From contig CAZYDG010000072.1 in assembly GCA_964645835.1 (NCBI GenBank), forward strand, positions 6,582-70,581: a stretch of DNA of 64,000 bases, read 5' to 3'. The translations under genes were made by a program, and so were the position numbers. The notes beneath the pieces were generated by a model, which was not told the origin of the DNA, searched no databases, and saw only the letters and a program-made list of their open reading frames with translations. This DNA is from an uncultured Syntrophaceae bacterium (GTDB lineage Bacteria > Desulfobacterota > Syntrophia > Syntrophales > UBA8958). Below are positions 54,487 through 62,682 of the stretch, piece after piece. Position 1 is the stretch's first letter; each line of letters opens with the position of its first letter.

Positions 54487-54837
54487 CTATTCATACTCTT
54501 TCGGTACGCCACAGATCATCACCATGGGTTCCTGGGATGAACTGTTTCTGTACTGATGCTTTTCATTAGGCAACATGAGGGCAAAATCACCTTGCTTCAC
54601 GGGCCGTTCTTCACCGCTTTCCGTCACAACGAACCCTTCACCCGAAATGATATAGTTCATATGCTCAAAAGGATGCGTGTGGTATGGCGTATAACCGCCC
54701 GGCATGATCGTAAATACACGGAAAGAAAAAACGGGTGAACCGTCGGCAGTGGATAGAGGCACCTGCTTCCAGACGGCCTTCGCGCCTTCCATTGTCATTT
54801 CCATCTTCATCGTTTGCTTCAGATTTGTTATTTTCAT
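54487..54837 (-). CDS. cupin-domain protein
   Basis: GGYTPYHTHPFEHMNYIISGEG...NEKHQYRN contains the two-motif cupin metal site. Confidence 0.8.
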   Translation of the reverse strand: MKITNLKQTMKMEMTMEGAKAVWKQVPLSTADGSPVFSFRVFTIMPGGYTPYHTHPFEHMNYIISGEGFVVTESGEERPVKQGDFALMLPNEKHQYRNSSSQEPMVMICGVPKEYE

Positions 54838-54956
54838 TGGTAACCTCCATGAAAATCCGTGTGATGTCGCAAGACATAAGATATACTGTCGCTGTTAATT
54901 ATAATGGATCGTTTAATTATTCAATGGTTATTTCCGATAGAACTGAGAGGTAAGAG

Positions 54957-55583
54957 ATGCAAAAGGCTTGTAGTGTCGATATAGTTCTTTTCGATTTCGG
55001 AGGTGTTATCGCCGATGAAGGTTTTAAGGAGGGGTTGCGGGCCATAGCCCGGCAGAATGGCGTCGATGAGGAACGGTTTGACAATGCGGCCCACGAGGCC
55101 ATCCGGACATCGAACTACCTCACGGGAAAGGCACCGGAAGCAGCCTTCTGGGCACTCCTCAGGAAACTCACGGGCATTCAGGGCACTGACACCGACTTGA
55201 GAAACGAATGTCTTTCGCGGTTCATCATCCGCGATTGGATGCTCGAGCTTGCCGGTCGGTTACGGGACCGGGGTATCCGAACGGGAATATTAAGCGATCA
55301 AACCGATTGGCTTGACCTTCTGAATGACCGGTATGATTTCTTCAGGTATTACGATCATGTGTTCAACAGTTATCATATGGGCGATGGAAAGTGGAATCCC
55401 GGCCATTTTGACGCCGTCTGCCAAACTTTGGGCGTTTCGGCCGGCCAGGTCCTCTTCATCGACGATACGCCGGGCCATTGTGAACGGGCCAGTCAGAGGG
55501 GATTGAACGTGATCCTCTATACCGGACGGAATGATTTTGAGGAAAAGATCGGGGCATTCTGCCCATTATTGGAAAACATCTAG
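54957..55583 (+). CDS. HAD-superfamily hydrolase
   Basis: Motif I is VLFDFGGVI. ILSDQ and FIDDTPGH form motifs III/IV. Confidence 0.75.
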   Translation: MQKACSVDIVLFDFGGVIADEGFKEGLRAIARQNGVDEERFDNAAHEAIRTSNYLTGKAPEAAFWALLRKLTGIQGTDTDLRNECLSRFIIRDWMLELAGRLRDRGIRTGILSDQTDWLDLLNDRYDFFRYYDHVFNSYHMGDGKWNPGHFDAVCQTLGVSAGQVLFIDDTPGHCERASQRGLNVILYTGRNDFEEKIGAFCPLLENI

Positions 55584-55597
55584 TTGAGGACGATCTT

Positions 55598-56218
55598 ATG
55601 AAAAGAGATTTCGATAAAGAGGCACAAACATGGGATCAGAAGACGGCACGGATAAAACTGGCTGCCGACGTGGCTTCGGCCATGATGAATGCCATCCCTT
55701 TAACCGCTGAGATGGACGTTTTGGACTATGGCTGCGGCACGGGTCTCCTGACCCTGGCATTACAGCCCCACGTCCGTACCATAACCGGCGCGGACACATC
55801 CATTGGCATGCTCGACGTATTTAAAGGAAAAATCGAGGCACAGGGGCTTACAAATGTGACTATCCAATATCTTGACGCGGATCAGGGTATAGGACTGACC
55901 GGCTCGTATCACCTGATCACAAGCAGCATGACCCTCCATCACGTGGAAGACCCGCCCACCATCATCCGAAAATTATACGAACACCTCTATCCCGGCGGAT
56001 ATCTATGTATTGCCGATCTGGACCCGGATGATGGGAAGTTTCACAGCCAGAGCGAGGGTGTCTTCCATGAAGGGTTTTCAAGATCCGCTATGGGACGCTG
56101 GTTTGCCCAGGCAGGCTTTGACCGAATTACGGAGACAACAGCGGCCACCGTTACTAAAGATATCCCTGAAGAGGGCATCCACTCATTTTCTATTTTTCTG
56201 GTGACGGGCAAGCGCTAG
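55598..56218 (+). CDS. class I SAM-dependent methyltransferase
   Basis: Motif I is VLDYGCGTGLLT. A post-I acidic residue and LYPGGYLCIADL are also present. Confidence 0.85.
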   Translation: MKRDFDKEAQTWDQKTARIKLAADVASAMMNAIPLTAEMDVLDYGCGTGLLTLALQPHVRTITGADTSIGMLDVFKGKIEAQGLTNVTIQYLDADQGIGLTGSYHLITSSMTLHHVEDPPTIIRKLYEHLYPGGYLCIADLDPDDGKFHSQSEGVFHEGFSRSAMGRWFAQAGFDRITETTAATVTKDIPEEGIHSFSIFLVTGKR

Positions 56219-56374
56219 ATTAATAAACTGTTCGTTGTCCCATTGAGCTTCCAATAAACGGCATTTGATGCTCTCCGCAACAGCCATTCTGCCCGGCAGA
56301 TAGTTATGGCGGCCCATACCCGTACCGTCATTCAGCCCTTTTCCCTGGCTAACCATCCTTATTGTGCTTTCCAT
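56183..56374 (-). CDS. possible small protein of unknown function
   Basis: AAGGAG lies 7 nt upstream of ATG 56374. The 63-aa product has no motif I recognise. Its 3' end overlaps the convergent methyltransferase by 36 nt. Confidence 0.3.
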   Translation of the reverse strand: MESTIRMVSQGKGLNDGTGMGRHNYLPGRMAVAESIKCRLLEAQWDNEQFINLALARHQKNRK

Positions 56375-56436
56375 AAACTGCTCCTTTTCACATCCTTATG
56401 ATGCTTAAGGTATCGTCAGGAACAAAATATCCTTAA

Positions 56437-56570
56437 CGAGCTGTTGAAAAACGTCCATCTGCTGCGTTGCGCTGCAAGCTTCGTCAATCGACGTACGTCA
56501 ATGTACGACTCATTCCTCAGCTTTTGCGCGCCTTGCATCTGGGCATTTTTGAACAGCCTGCACAAACTCG
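56437..56570 (+). repeat. palindromic intergenic repeat, copy F (core only, archetype)
   Basis: The copy reads CTGTTGAAAAACGTCCATCTGCTGCGTTGCGCTGCAAGCTTCGTCAATCGACGTACGTCAATGTACGACTCATTCCTCAGCTTTTGCGCGCCTTGCATCTGGGCATTTTTGAACAGCCTGCACAAACTCG. Confidence 0.85.
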
Positions 56571-56588
56571 TGTTTCTTCAAAAAACTG

Positions 56589-57629
56589 CTAGAGTACCTT
56601 TTCAAGATGACCGGCCCGGACACCGATGAGGCGGACACGTCGCGTCAAGTCAACCCGCTTGAGGCAGGCAAAGGCCCCTCGGCGGATATCTTCCTCAGAA
56701 TCGGTAAGTTCGGCCATGGTCAGAGATCTGGTGACTGTTTCAAAATCGCTGAACCGGATCTTAATGGTCACATTCCGCATCTGAAACCTTTGAGCTTTCA
56801 GGTCAGCAACCACCTCCCGCGTCAGCTCCGCAAGGACCTTGGCGATAACCTGCCAGTTTGATACATCTGTCTGAAAGGTCCTTTCACGGCTGACGGACTT
56901 GGGCTCCCAATGGGTTACGAGCGGGCTATCGTCGATCCCACGGGATGCCTCATACAGGTAATGGCCATAAGACTTGCCGAAGGACCAGCACAGATCGTTC
57001 AGCGGCATGGCCGCCAGGGCGCCGATGGTCTCGATACCGATGGATTTAAGGGCAGACTCCGTTTTCGGCCCCACGCCGTAAAGCTTTCGGACGGACAAGG
57101 GCCATAAGCGGCTTTCAATATCACCTGTGCCGAGAATCGTAAGACCGTCGGGTTTCTCCATATCCGAAGCAATCTTGGCAAGGAGCTTGTTGGCAGCAAT
57201 GCCGATGGAACAGGTTAAACCGGTTTGATCTTTAACACCTTTCTTGATCCTTGCGGCAATATCCTCAGAACTTCCCGAAAGTGCAGTGATGTCAAGGAAT
57301 GCTTCGTCAATTCCCACATCCTCCATCAGGGGTGTAATGTCTTTTAAGACGGACTTGAAACGCCGTGAAGCAATACAGTAGGCCTCATAATCAACAGGGA
57401 GAAAAATTGCGTGCGTGCAGAGTTTGTGAGCGGTCCGCAGGGGCATGGCTGAATGAATGCCGTATTTCCGGGCTTCATAGTTTGCCGTAGATACGACTCC
57501 CCGCGCCGCCGGATCGCCTGCTCCGCCAATGACGACGGGTTTGCCGGCTAGTGAAGGATTTCTTCGTTCTTCCACGGCAGCGAAGAAGGCATCCATATCC
57601 ATATGGAGTATGCGTCTATCAGATTCCAA
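56589..57629 (-). CDS. dinB: DNA polymerase IV (Y-family)
   Basis: Motifs are ILHMDMDAFFAAVEE, IDEAFLD and SIGIAANKLLAKIASD. The likely start is TTG. Confidence 0.9.
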   Translation of the reverse strand: MESDRRILHMDMDAFFAAVEERRNPSLAGKPVVIGGAGDPAARGVVSTANYEARKYGIHSAMPLRTAHKLCTHAIFLPVDYEAYCIASRRFKSVLKDITPLMEDVGIDEAFLDITALSGSSEDIAARIKKGVKDQTGLTCSIGIAANKLLAKIASDMEKPDGLTILGTGDIESRLWPLSVRKLYGVGPKTESALKSIGIETIGALAAMPLNDLCWSFGKSYGHYLYEASRGIDDSPLVTHWEPKSVSRERTFQTDVSNWQVIAKVLAELTREVVADLKAQRFQMRNVTIKIRFSDFETVTRSLTMAELTDSEEDIRRGAFACLKRVDLTRRVRLIGVRAGHLEKVL

Positions 57630-57791
57630 TTCTAAATCAAAGCTCTATCTTCGTTGTCTTTGTCGTAGGCTCCTCGGCGTATTTCTGTATACGCTGCGTC
57701 GCCTCTTCCTCGCCGCCTTGATATCATCCTTGATTTAGAAACGGAATAAGTACAGCAATTTGAAATCTGAACAGGCCGGACGAGATAAGCG

Positions 57792-58028
57792 TTATCCCAG
57801 AAAACGGAACAATATAAGCGGCGCCAGATAAAGTGAGGACAGGATCAGAATCGCCATGCAGAACCGGTTTCCCAATTTTTCAATTCCGAGGACGGAATCT
57901 TCCCAATCGGATGTCTCAACAAATTTTGTTAAGCGCTTCCATAGGGGTAACCGGGAAACAACGTGATGGTGAATGTCGATAGATGGCCGCTCTATGTATC
58001 TCGCATGTGTCATGGTTGTTATCGGCAT
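57792..58028 (-). CDS. small C-terminally membrane-anchored protein between lexA and dinB
   Basis: GGGAGGTGA lies 8 nt upstream of the ATG. The 78-aa product has a hydrophilic N-part and the C-terminal TM segment FCMAILILSSLYLAPLILF. Confidence 0.6.
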   Translation of the reverse strand: MPITTMTHARYIERPSIDIHHHVVSRLPLWKRLTKFVETSDWEDSVLGIEKLGNRFCMAILILSSLYLAPLILFRFLG

Positions 58029-58076
58029 GGGCTATGTCACCTCCCTATCCTTTAAATCGGCTGAATCGCTAAAATC

Positions 58077-58261
58077 TTTAGCAGGCTGTTGAAAAATGTC
58101 CATCTGACTGCGTTGCGCTGCAAGCCTCCCCGGCCTTCGCCGGGGCAGGCTACATCGACGTACTTCTATGTACGCCTCATTCCTCGACTTTTGCGCGCCT
58201 TGCATCTGGGCATCCCGGATCAGGTCCGGGACAAGCTTTTGAACAGCCTGCACAAAATCGA
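58077..58261 (+). repeat. palindromic intergenic repeat, copy G (two hairpin cassettes)
   Basis: The core is as in copy F. It carries the inserts [CCTCCCCGGCCTTCGCCGGGGCAGG] in the left arm and [CATCCCGGATCAGGTCCGGGAC] in the right arm. Confidence 0.85.
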
Positions 58262-58286
58262 ATTTATCACAACAATCTGCCAAATC

Positions 58287-58874
58287 TTATTGGTGATATT
58301 TCCTGATCACAGCGGTAACCACACCTCCCAGGCGGAGTTCCGTCTTAGCCCTGATCAGGGGATATTTCGGGTTGGCAGCCTCCAGATAGACACCATCCCC
58401 ATCCTTGCGGAAGTACTTCATGGTCCACTCGCCATCCACTTCGGCGATAACAATGTCCCCATTGCCGGGAGCCCGTTCCTTTTCGACGACAACCATGTCT
58501 CCCTCCTTGATGCCTTCACCCGTCATGGAATCACCCGATACGCGCAGCAGGAAAGATGACTCCGGTCTGGTGACCAGATACTCATCCAGGGAAAGCATAT
58601 AGCATAAATCTTCTTCCGCAGGAACCGGTAAACCGGCGGCTACCTCACCTGCAACGGGGATACCGAACAGGCTCCGTGCCGGACTCAGACGCCCGCGGGC
58701 ATCCTTTTCCAGGGCCCCTTCCTTGAGGAGCTTATTAACCCAGAAATGAACGACGCTTTTGGACCGGACATCCAGCAGATCGAGCATTTCCTCATAGGAG
58801 GGCATTCGACGGGATCGGCGGAAGAAGGAGACGATCTGCTCTTCGACAGATTTTATAGTACGTTTTTCTTTCAT
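58287..58874 (-). CDS. lexA: LexA repressor
   Basis: A winged-helix N-domain is followed by the Ala-Gly cleavage site (GEVAAGLP) and the S24 peptidase Ser/Lys motifs (VSGDSMTGEGI ... AEVDGEWTMKYF). Confidence 0.9.
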   Translation of the reverse strand: MKEKRTIKSVEEQIVSFFRRSRRMPSYEEMLDLLDVRSKSVVHFWVNKLLKEGALEKDARGRLSPARSLFGIPVAGEVAAGLPVPAEEDLCYMLSLDEYLVTRPESSFLLRVSGDSMTGEGIKEGDMVVVEKERAPGNGDIVIAEVDGEWTMKYFRKDGDGVYLEAANPKYPLIRAKTELRLGGVVTAVIRKYHQ

Positions 58875-58886
58875 GGTTCAGTTATA

Positions 58887-58902
58887 TAGAACGAATGTTC
58901 TA
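58887..58902 (-). promoter_or_regulatory. LexA (SOS) box, GAAC-N4-GTTC type
   Basis: The perfect palindrome TAGAAC-GAAT-GTTCTA lies 13 nt upstream of the lexA start codon. It is of the Cheo-box class. Confidence 0.7.
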
Positions 58903-58914
58903 TTGTCAAGGAAT

Positions 58915-58956
58915 TTTTTAAAAAAAGAAAAAAGGCCATGGATTTTTTCCACAGCC
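58915..58956 (-). terminator. terminator after the long acyl-CoA dehydrogenase gene
   Basis: The minus strand has an imperfect GGCTGTGGA-AAAAA-TCCATGGCC hairpin followed by TTTTTTCTTTTTTT. Confidence 0.5.
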
Positions 58957-58991
58957 TTTTAAAATCTTCACCTTATAAAAGATATAAAGTT

Positions 58992-60800
58992 TTATTCTCC
59001 AAAGTAATCGTTGTTTATCCCAACGGTCAGGCCGTCACTATTGAGCAGACGTTTAGCCAGGCTTTCAATCTTCGGCAGTTCGTAACCAAAGAAATAGCGG
59101 CAGGTATAGATCTTTCCATTATAGAAATTCACATACGCAGGCAGCAGATCGCCCGTGAGGGCCTTCTTGGCTACGGCGGCCTGGAGCAGCCACTGCCAGG
59201 CAATGGCGATAATGCCGAACAATTCCAGATAAAGGGTCGCATCGGCCAGGAACATCTCGGGATTTCCCTTCGCGGCAATGCCGAACAAATAGGCTGTGAC
59301 CTTTTCCAAGGTTCCCAAAGCCTGTTCCAGTTCCTGGGCCATGGGCTTTAATTCAGCGTCATCCTCCGCCATTTTGATGGCTTTCCGGACTTCGGCCAGG
59401 TAAAGCTGGGCTGCCTTGCCCTTTTTCATCATCACCTTCCGTCCCAGGAGATCCATGCCCTGAATGCCGGTTGTGCCTTCATGGATCGGATGAATCCGGA
59501 CATCACGATAGAACTGCTCCAGGGGAAATTCGTCGCAATAGCCATACCCGCCCAGTATCTGAAGACCGGCGCTGCACGACAGGATCCCCATCTCCGACGG
59601 ATACGTCTTGGCTACGGGCGTGAGGAGTTCCAGAAGGAGATTGTAGTTCTCATGATCTTCACCTTCGCTGACCTTTTCCATGTCATGGTACCGGCCGCAC
59701 TGCATCAGCAGTGAGAGAGACCCCTCCACAACAGCCTTCTGGAACAGCAGCATGCGCCTGACATCGGGGTGGTCGATAATCGGTACTTGCGGTGAGAGAG
59801 GGTCTTTCGACGTCAACTTCCGCCCCTGGGGCCTTTCCTTCGCATATTCCAGGGAGGCATAATAGGCCGCCGAAGAAATACAGGCCGCACCGAGACCCAC
59901 GTCTATTCTGGCGCCGTTCATCATCTGGAACATATAACCGAGGCCCTTGTTGGGTTCGCCCACGAGCCAGCCGCGGCAATCATCATTCTCGCCGAAAGCA
60001 AGCTGGGTAATCGGTCCGCCTCTGTAGCCCAGCTTATGATAAATGCCGGCACAGTTCACATCATTGAATGCCAATTCGCCATTGGCCTCGATGCGCTTCT
60101 TGGGAATAATGAACAGGGAGATGCCCTTGACTCCTGGAGGCGCATCCTTGATCCTGCCGATGGCCAAATGAATGATGTTATCCACGCAGTCATGTTCCCC
60201 GGCGGAGATAAAGATCTTCTGTCCTTTCATCTTGTAATAGCCCTTATCTGTCGGCTCACCGGTCAGGGTGATGTCCGTAAGAGAGCTTCCCGCCTGGGGC
60301 TCCGTCAAAGCCATGGTGCCCTGCCATTCGCCTGCCACCATCTTGGGGAGATACATATCTCTCATCTCCTGCGTGCCAAAAGTGGCGATCAAACCGGCAG
60401 CGCCGGTGGTCAGGCCATGATAGATCGATCCGGAATAATTGGCCGCCGCAAAGATGGCCGTCGGTACCAGCATGCCCACCATTTCAGGCAATTGCTGCCC
60501 GCCATGCTCATAATCAAATGTGGCGCCGATCCAGCCGCCTGCACCACACTCCTTCATGATCGTCCGGACCTGGGGATGAACCTTCACTGCGCCATTGACA
60601 TACTCCGGCTGGTTCCGGTCCATTTCGTGAAGAGTAGGCTTGAACAAGTCTTTCCCCATTTTCATCGCCGTTTCCAGGACCATGTCGAAAACCTCCCGGC
60701 TGTGATCGGCATAACGGGGATACTGCAAGAGTGACTCAACATTAAACATCTCGTACAGCAAGAACTTTAGATTTCTGTCACTGATAAATTTTTCAGCCAT
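58992..60800 (-). CDS. long acyl-CoA dehydrogenase (about 600 aa, with extended C-terminal domain)
   Basis: Motifs are LTEPQAGSSL, GQKIFISAGEHD and GGYGYCDEFPLEQFYRDVRIHPIHEGTTGIQ. About 130 extra C-terminal helical residues are present. Confidence 0.85.
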   Translation of the reverse strand: MAEKFISDRNLKFLLYEMFNVESLLQYPRYADHSREVFDMVLETAMKMGKDLFKPTLHEMDRNQPEYVNGAVKVHPQVRTIMKECGAGGWIGATFDYEHGGQQLPEMVGMLVPTAIFAAANYSGSIYHGLTTGAAGLIATFGTQEMRDMYLPKMVAGEWQGTMALTEPQAGSSLTDITLTGEPTDKGYYKMKGQKIFISAGEHDCVDNIIHLAIGRIKDAPPGVKGISLFIIPKKRIEANGELAFNDVNCAGIYHKLGYRGGPITQLAFGENDDCRGWLVGEPNKGLGYMFQMMNGARIDVGLGAACISSAAYYASLEYAKERPQGRKLTSKDPLSPQVPIIDHPDVRRMLLFQKAVVEGSLSLLMQCGRYHDMEKVSEGEDHENYNLLLELLTPVAKTYPSEMGILSCSAGLQILGGYGYCDEFPLEQFYRDVRIHPIHEGTTGIQGMDLLGRKVMMKKGKAAQLYLAEVRKAIKMAEDDAELKPMAQELEQALGTLEKVTAYLFGIAAKGNPEMFLADATLYLELFGIIAIAWQWLLQAAVAKKALTGDLLPAYVNFYNGKIYTCRYFFGYELPKIESLAKRLLNSDGLTVGINNDYFGE

Positions 60801-61512
60801 ATGTTACCTCGTTTCTAAAGAGCACGACCGGCATCACCGGCGCCAGTCCGTGAGATGATGTTTCCGGGGCTTTGACCCCCCGGAAACGTTTGATGGAATC
60901 CATTCATCCATCCGGCGTGTCAGTGCAGGATGGATGAATGATACTTGCTCATTATTAATAAATCAACACTGCAGATTCTCGATGACCGTAGCTACGCCGA
61001 GACCACTGCCGCAGCATGAGCTGAAACAACCGTATCTGGTTCCTCTGCGAACCATATCGGACAGTTTCAAACCAGCGCGTTTCACCATCCACCAATACAA
61101 TGTTTCTTTTGCTCATAACTATTCCTGTTAAAAAATTGTTATTTTTCGAGTGGTCATTGATAAAATTTTGATATGTCGTAGTCTGCATAGTTTATCAGAC
61201 GATTAAACTGACTGTGACTATCATATCTGTTCCATTATTGTCAAGCACACATGCAAACGACATTGAACCGGCGCTACACGGTTAAAGAGACTTATCCTCT
61301 TTGTAAACAATAATTTTACACTACCGGGTGAATGGGTAGAGACTTCCTAAAAACAATTGCAAATTATATAAGCCTGAGCTATTTACAATGAAATCTATTG
61401 ATCATAATATGAATGCTTACGGTTATGCGGGTGTTTATGCACCCTCCGTGGATACTGTGACTACTATGATGAGAGTTGAAAAAATAGGCGATATCTATAC
61501 CTGGAAATCATT

Positions 61513-62613
61513 ATGCTGAATGGAAAAACAGTTGCTGTCGTTGTCCCCGCCTATAACGAAGGTCATCAAATCATCAATGTTCTTGAAAGTATGCCGGACT
61601 TTGTCGATCGCATTATAGTCGTCAATGATTGCTCAAAGGATGATACGGCACAACAAGTCCTAAGCTTCAGTAAAAGCAATAATTTACCGTACATGCCGTT
61701 GCCTTCGTCTGTAAAGCAACCCATCAGGACAAGACATAATCAAGCTGAGTTTGTCCTCCATGAGATGCAGAAAGAGGAATCATCTTTTTACACGCCCGCT
61801 GAAATCGTCAACAAGAATTCAGAAACTGACCGGGTTATCCTGATCAATCATCTAAAAAACGCCGGCGTAGGCGCAGCTATCGCCAGTGGCTATAAATGGT
61901 GCCTTGATCATCAGATTAGCTGCACAGCCGTCATGGCCGGCGATGGCCAAATGGACCCTGACGAACTGGAGTCGATCTGCACCCCAATCGTTGAGGAGGA
62001 GGTTGATTATGTAAAGGGTAATCGACTGATTCATCGCAGTGCGTGGCTTGTCATTCCCAAAATCCGATACGTCGGCAATTCCATCTTATCCATTCTAACG
62101 AAAATTGCCTCCGGCTACTGGCATGTGTCGGACACGCAATCCGGCTATACGGCCATTTCGTTAAGGGCACTTCAATCCATCAATATCTATAATATTTACA
62201 AGCGATATGGCATGCCCAACGATTTACTTGTAAAGCTTAACATCGCTTTCTGCAAGATAAAGGAAGTGGCCATAAAACCTGTCTACGATGTCGGGGAACA
62301 ATCCAAGTTAAAGCCGTTAAAAGTAATTCCAACCATATCCTGGCTGCTGCTGAAATTATTTTTCATCAGGTTATGGGTCAAGTACCTTATCAGAGATTTT
62401 CACCCGCTTTTCTTGTTGTACCATTTTTCATTTATATTGGGATTTATGTCGCTGCCATACATGCTGAAGATTTTTCTGATCACCTTTCTAACGAACGAGA
62501 GCGTTCCGACACTAACGATGATGGCCTTCATATTTCTATTTATCAGCGCTTTTCAATCCCTCTTGTTTGCCATGTGGATGGATATTCAGGATAACGAGAG
62601 ATTGTACAAGTAA
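61513..62613 (+). CDS. family 2 glycosyltransferase with C-terminal TM segments
   Basis: Motifs are VAVVVPAYNEG, VVNDCSKDDT and MAGDGQMDP (the DxD-like region). Hydrophobic helices follow. Confidence 0.8.
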   Translation: MLNGKTVAVVVPAYNEGHQIINVLESMPDFVDRIIVVNDCSKDDTAQQVLSFSKSNNLPYMPLPSSVKQPIRTRHNQAEFVLHEMQKEESSFYTPAEIVNKNSETDRVILINHLKNAGVGAAIASGYKWCLDHQISCTAVMAGDGQMDPDELESICTPIVEEEVDYVKGNRLIHRSAWLVIPKIRYVGNSILSILTKIASGYWHVSDTQSGYTAISLRALQSINIYNIYKRYGMPNDLLVKLNIAFCKIKEVAIKPVYDVGEQSKLKPLKVIPTISWLLLKLFFIRLWVKYLIRDFHPLFLLYHFSFILGFMSLPYMLKIFLITFLTNESVPTLTMMAFIFLFISAFQSLLFAMWMDIQDNERLYK

Positions 62614-62682
62614 TATTTTGCAAACAACCGTTTATATCAATTAAGAAGAAACGCGTGTATCGTAACCGATGCTCAAAATTAA

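Noticed and set aside
14166-58261. Whether the recurring ~120-bp repeats could be a CRISPR array or tRNA/rRNA-related
   Set aside because: Copies are kilobases apart and occur in both orientations, without regular spacers. They are internally palindromic rather than direct repeats. No tRNA cloverleaf or rRNA similarity is evident.
58089-58559. ORFs translated from repeat copies (58089..58559, 14111..14302, 45919..46185, 56444..56629, and the first 13 codons of 28236..31916)
   Set aside because: Their sequences are the intergenic repeat read in one frame. 58089..58559 additionally runs antisense into lexA.
60955-61188. 77-aa ORF whose internal MSKRNIVLVDGE resembles a response-regulator N-terminus
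   Set aside because: The similarity stops after ~12 residues and the rest is Arg/Gln-rich. At most it is a decayed fragment, and there is not enough evidence to call it.
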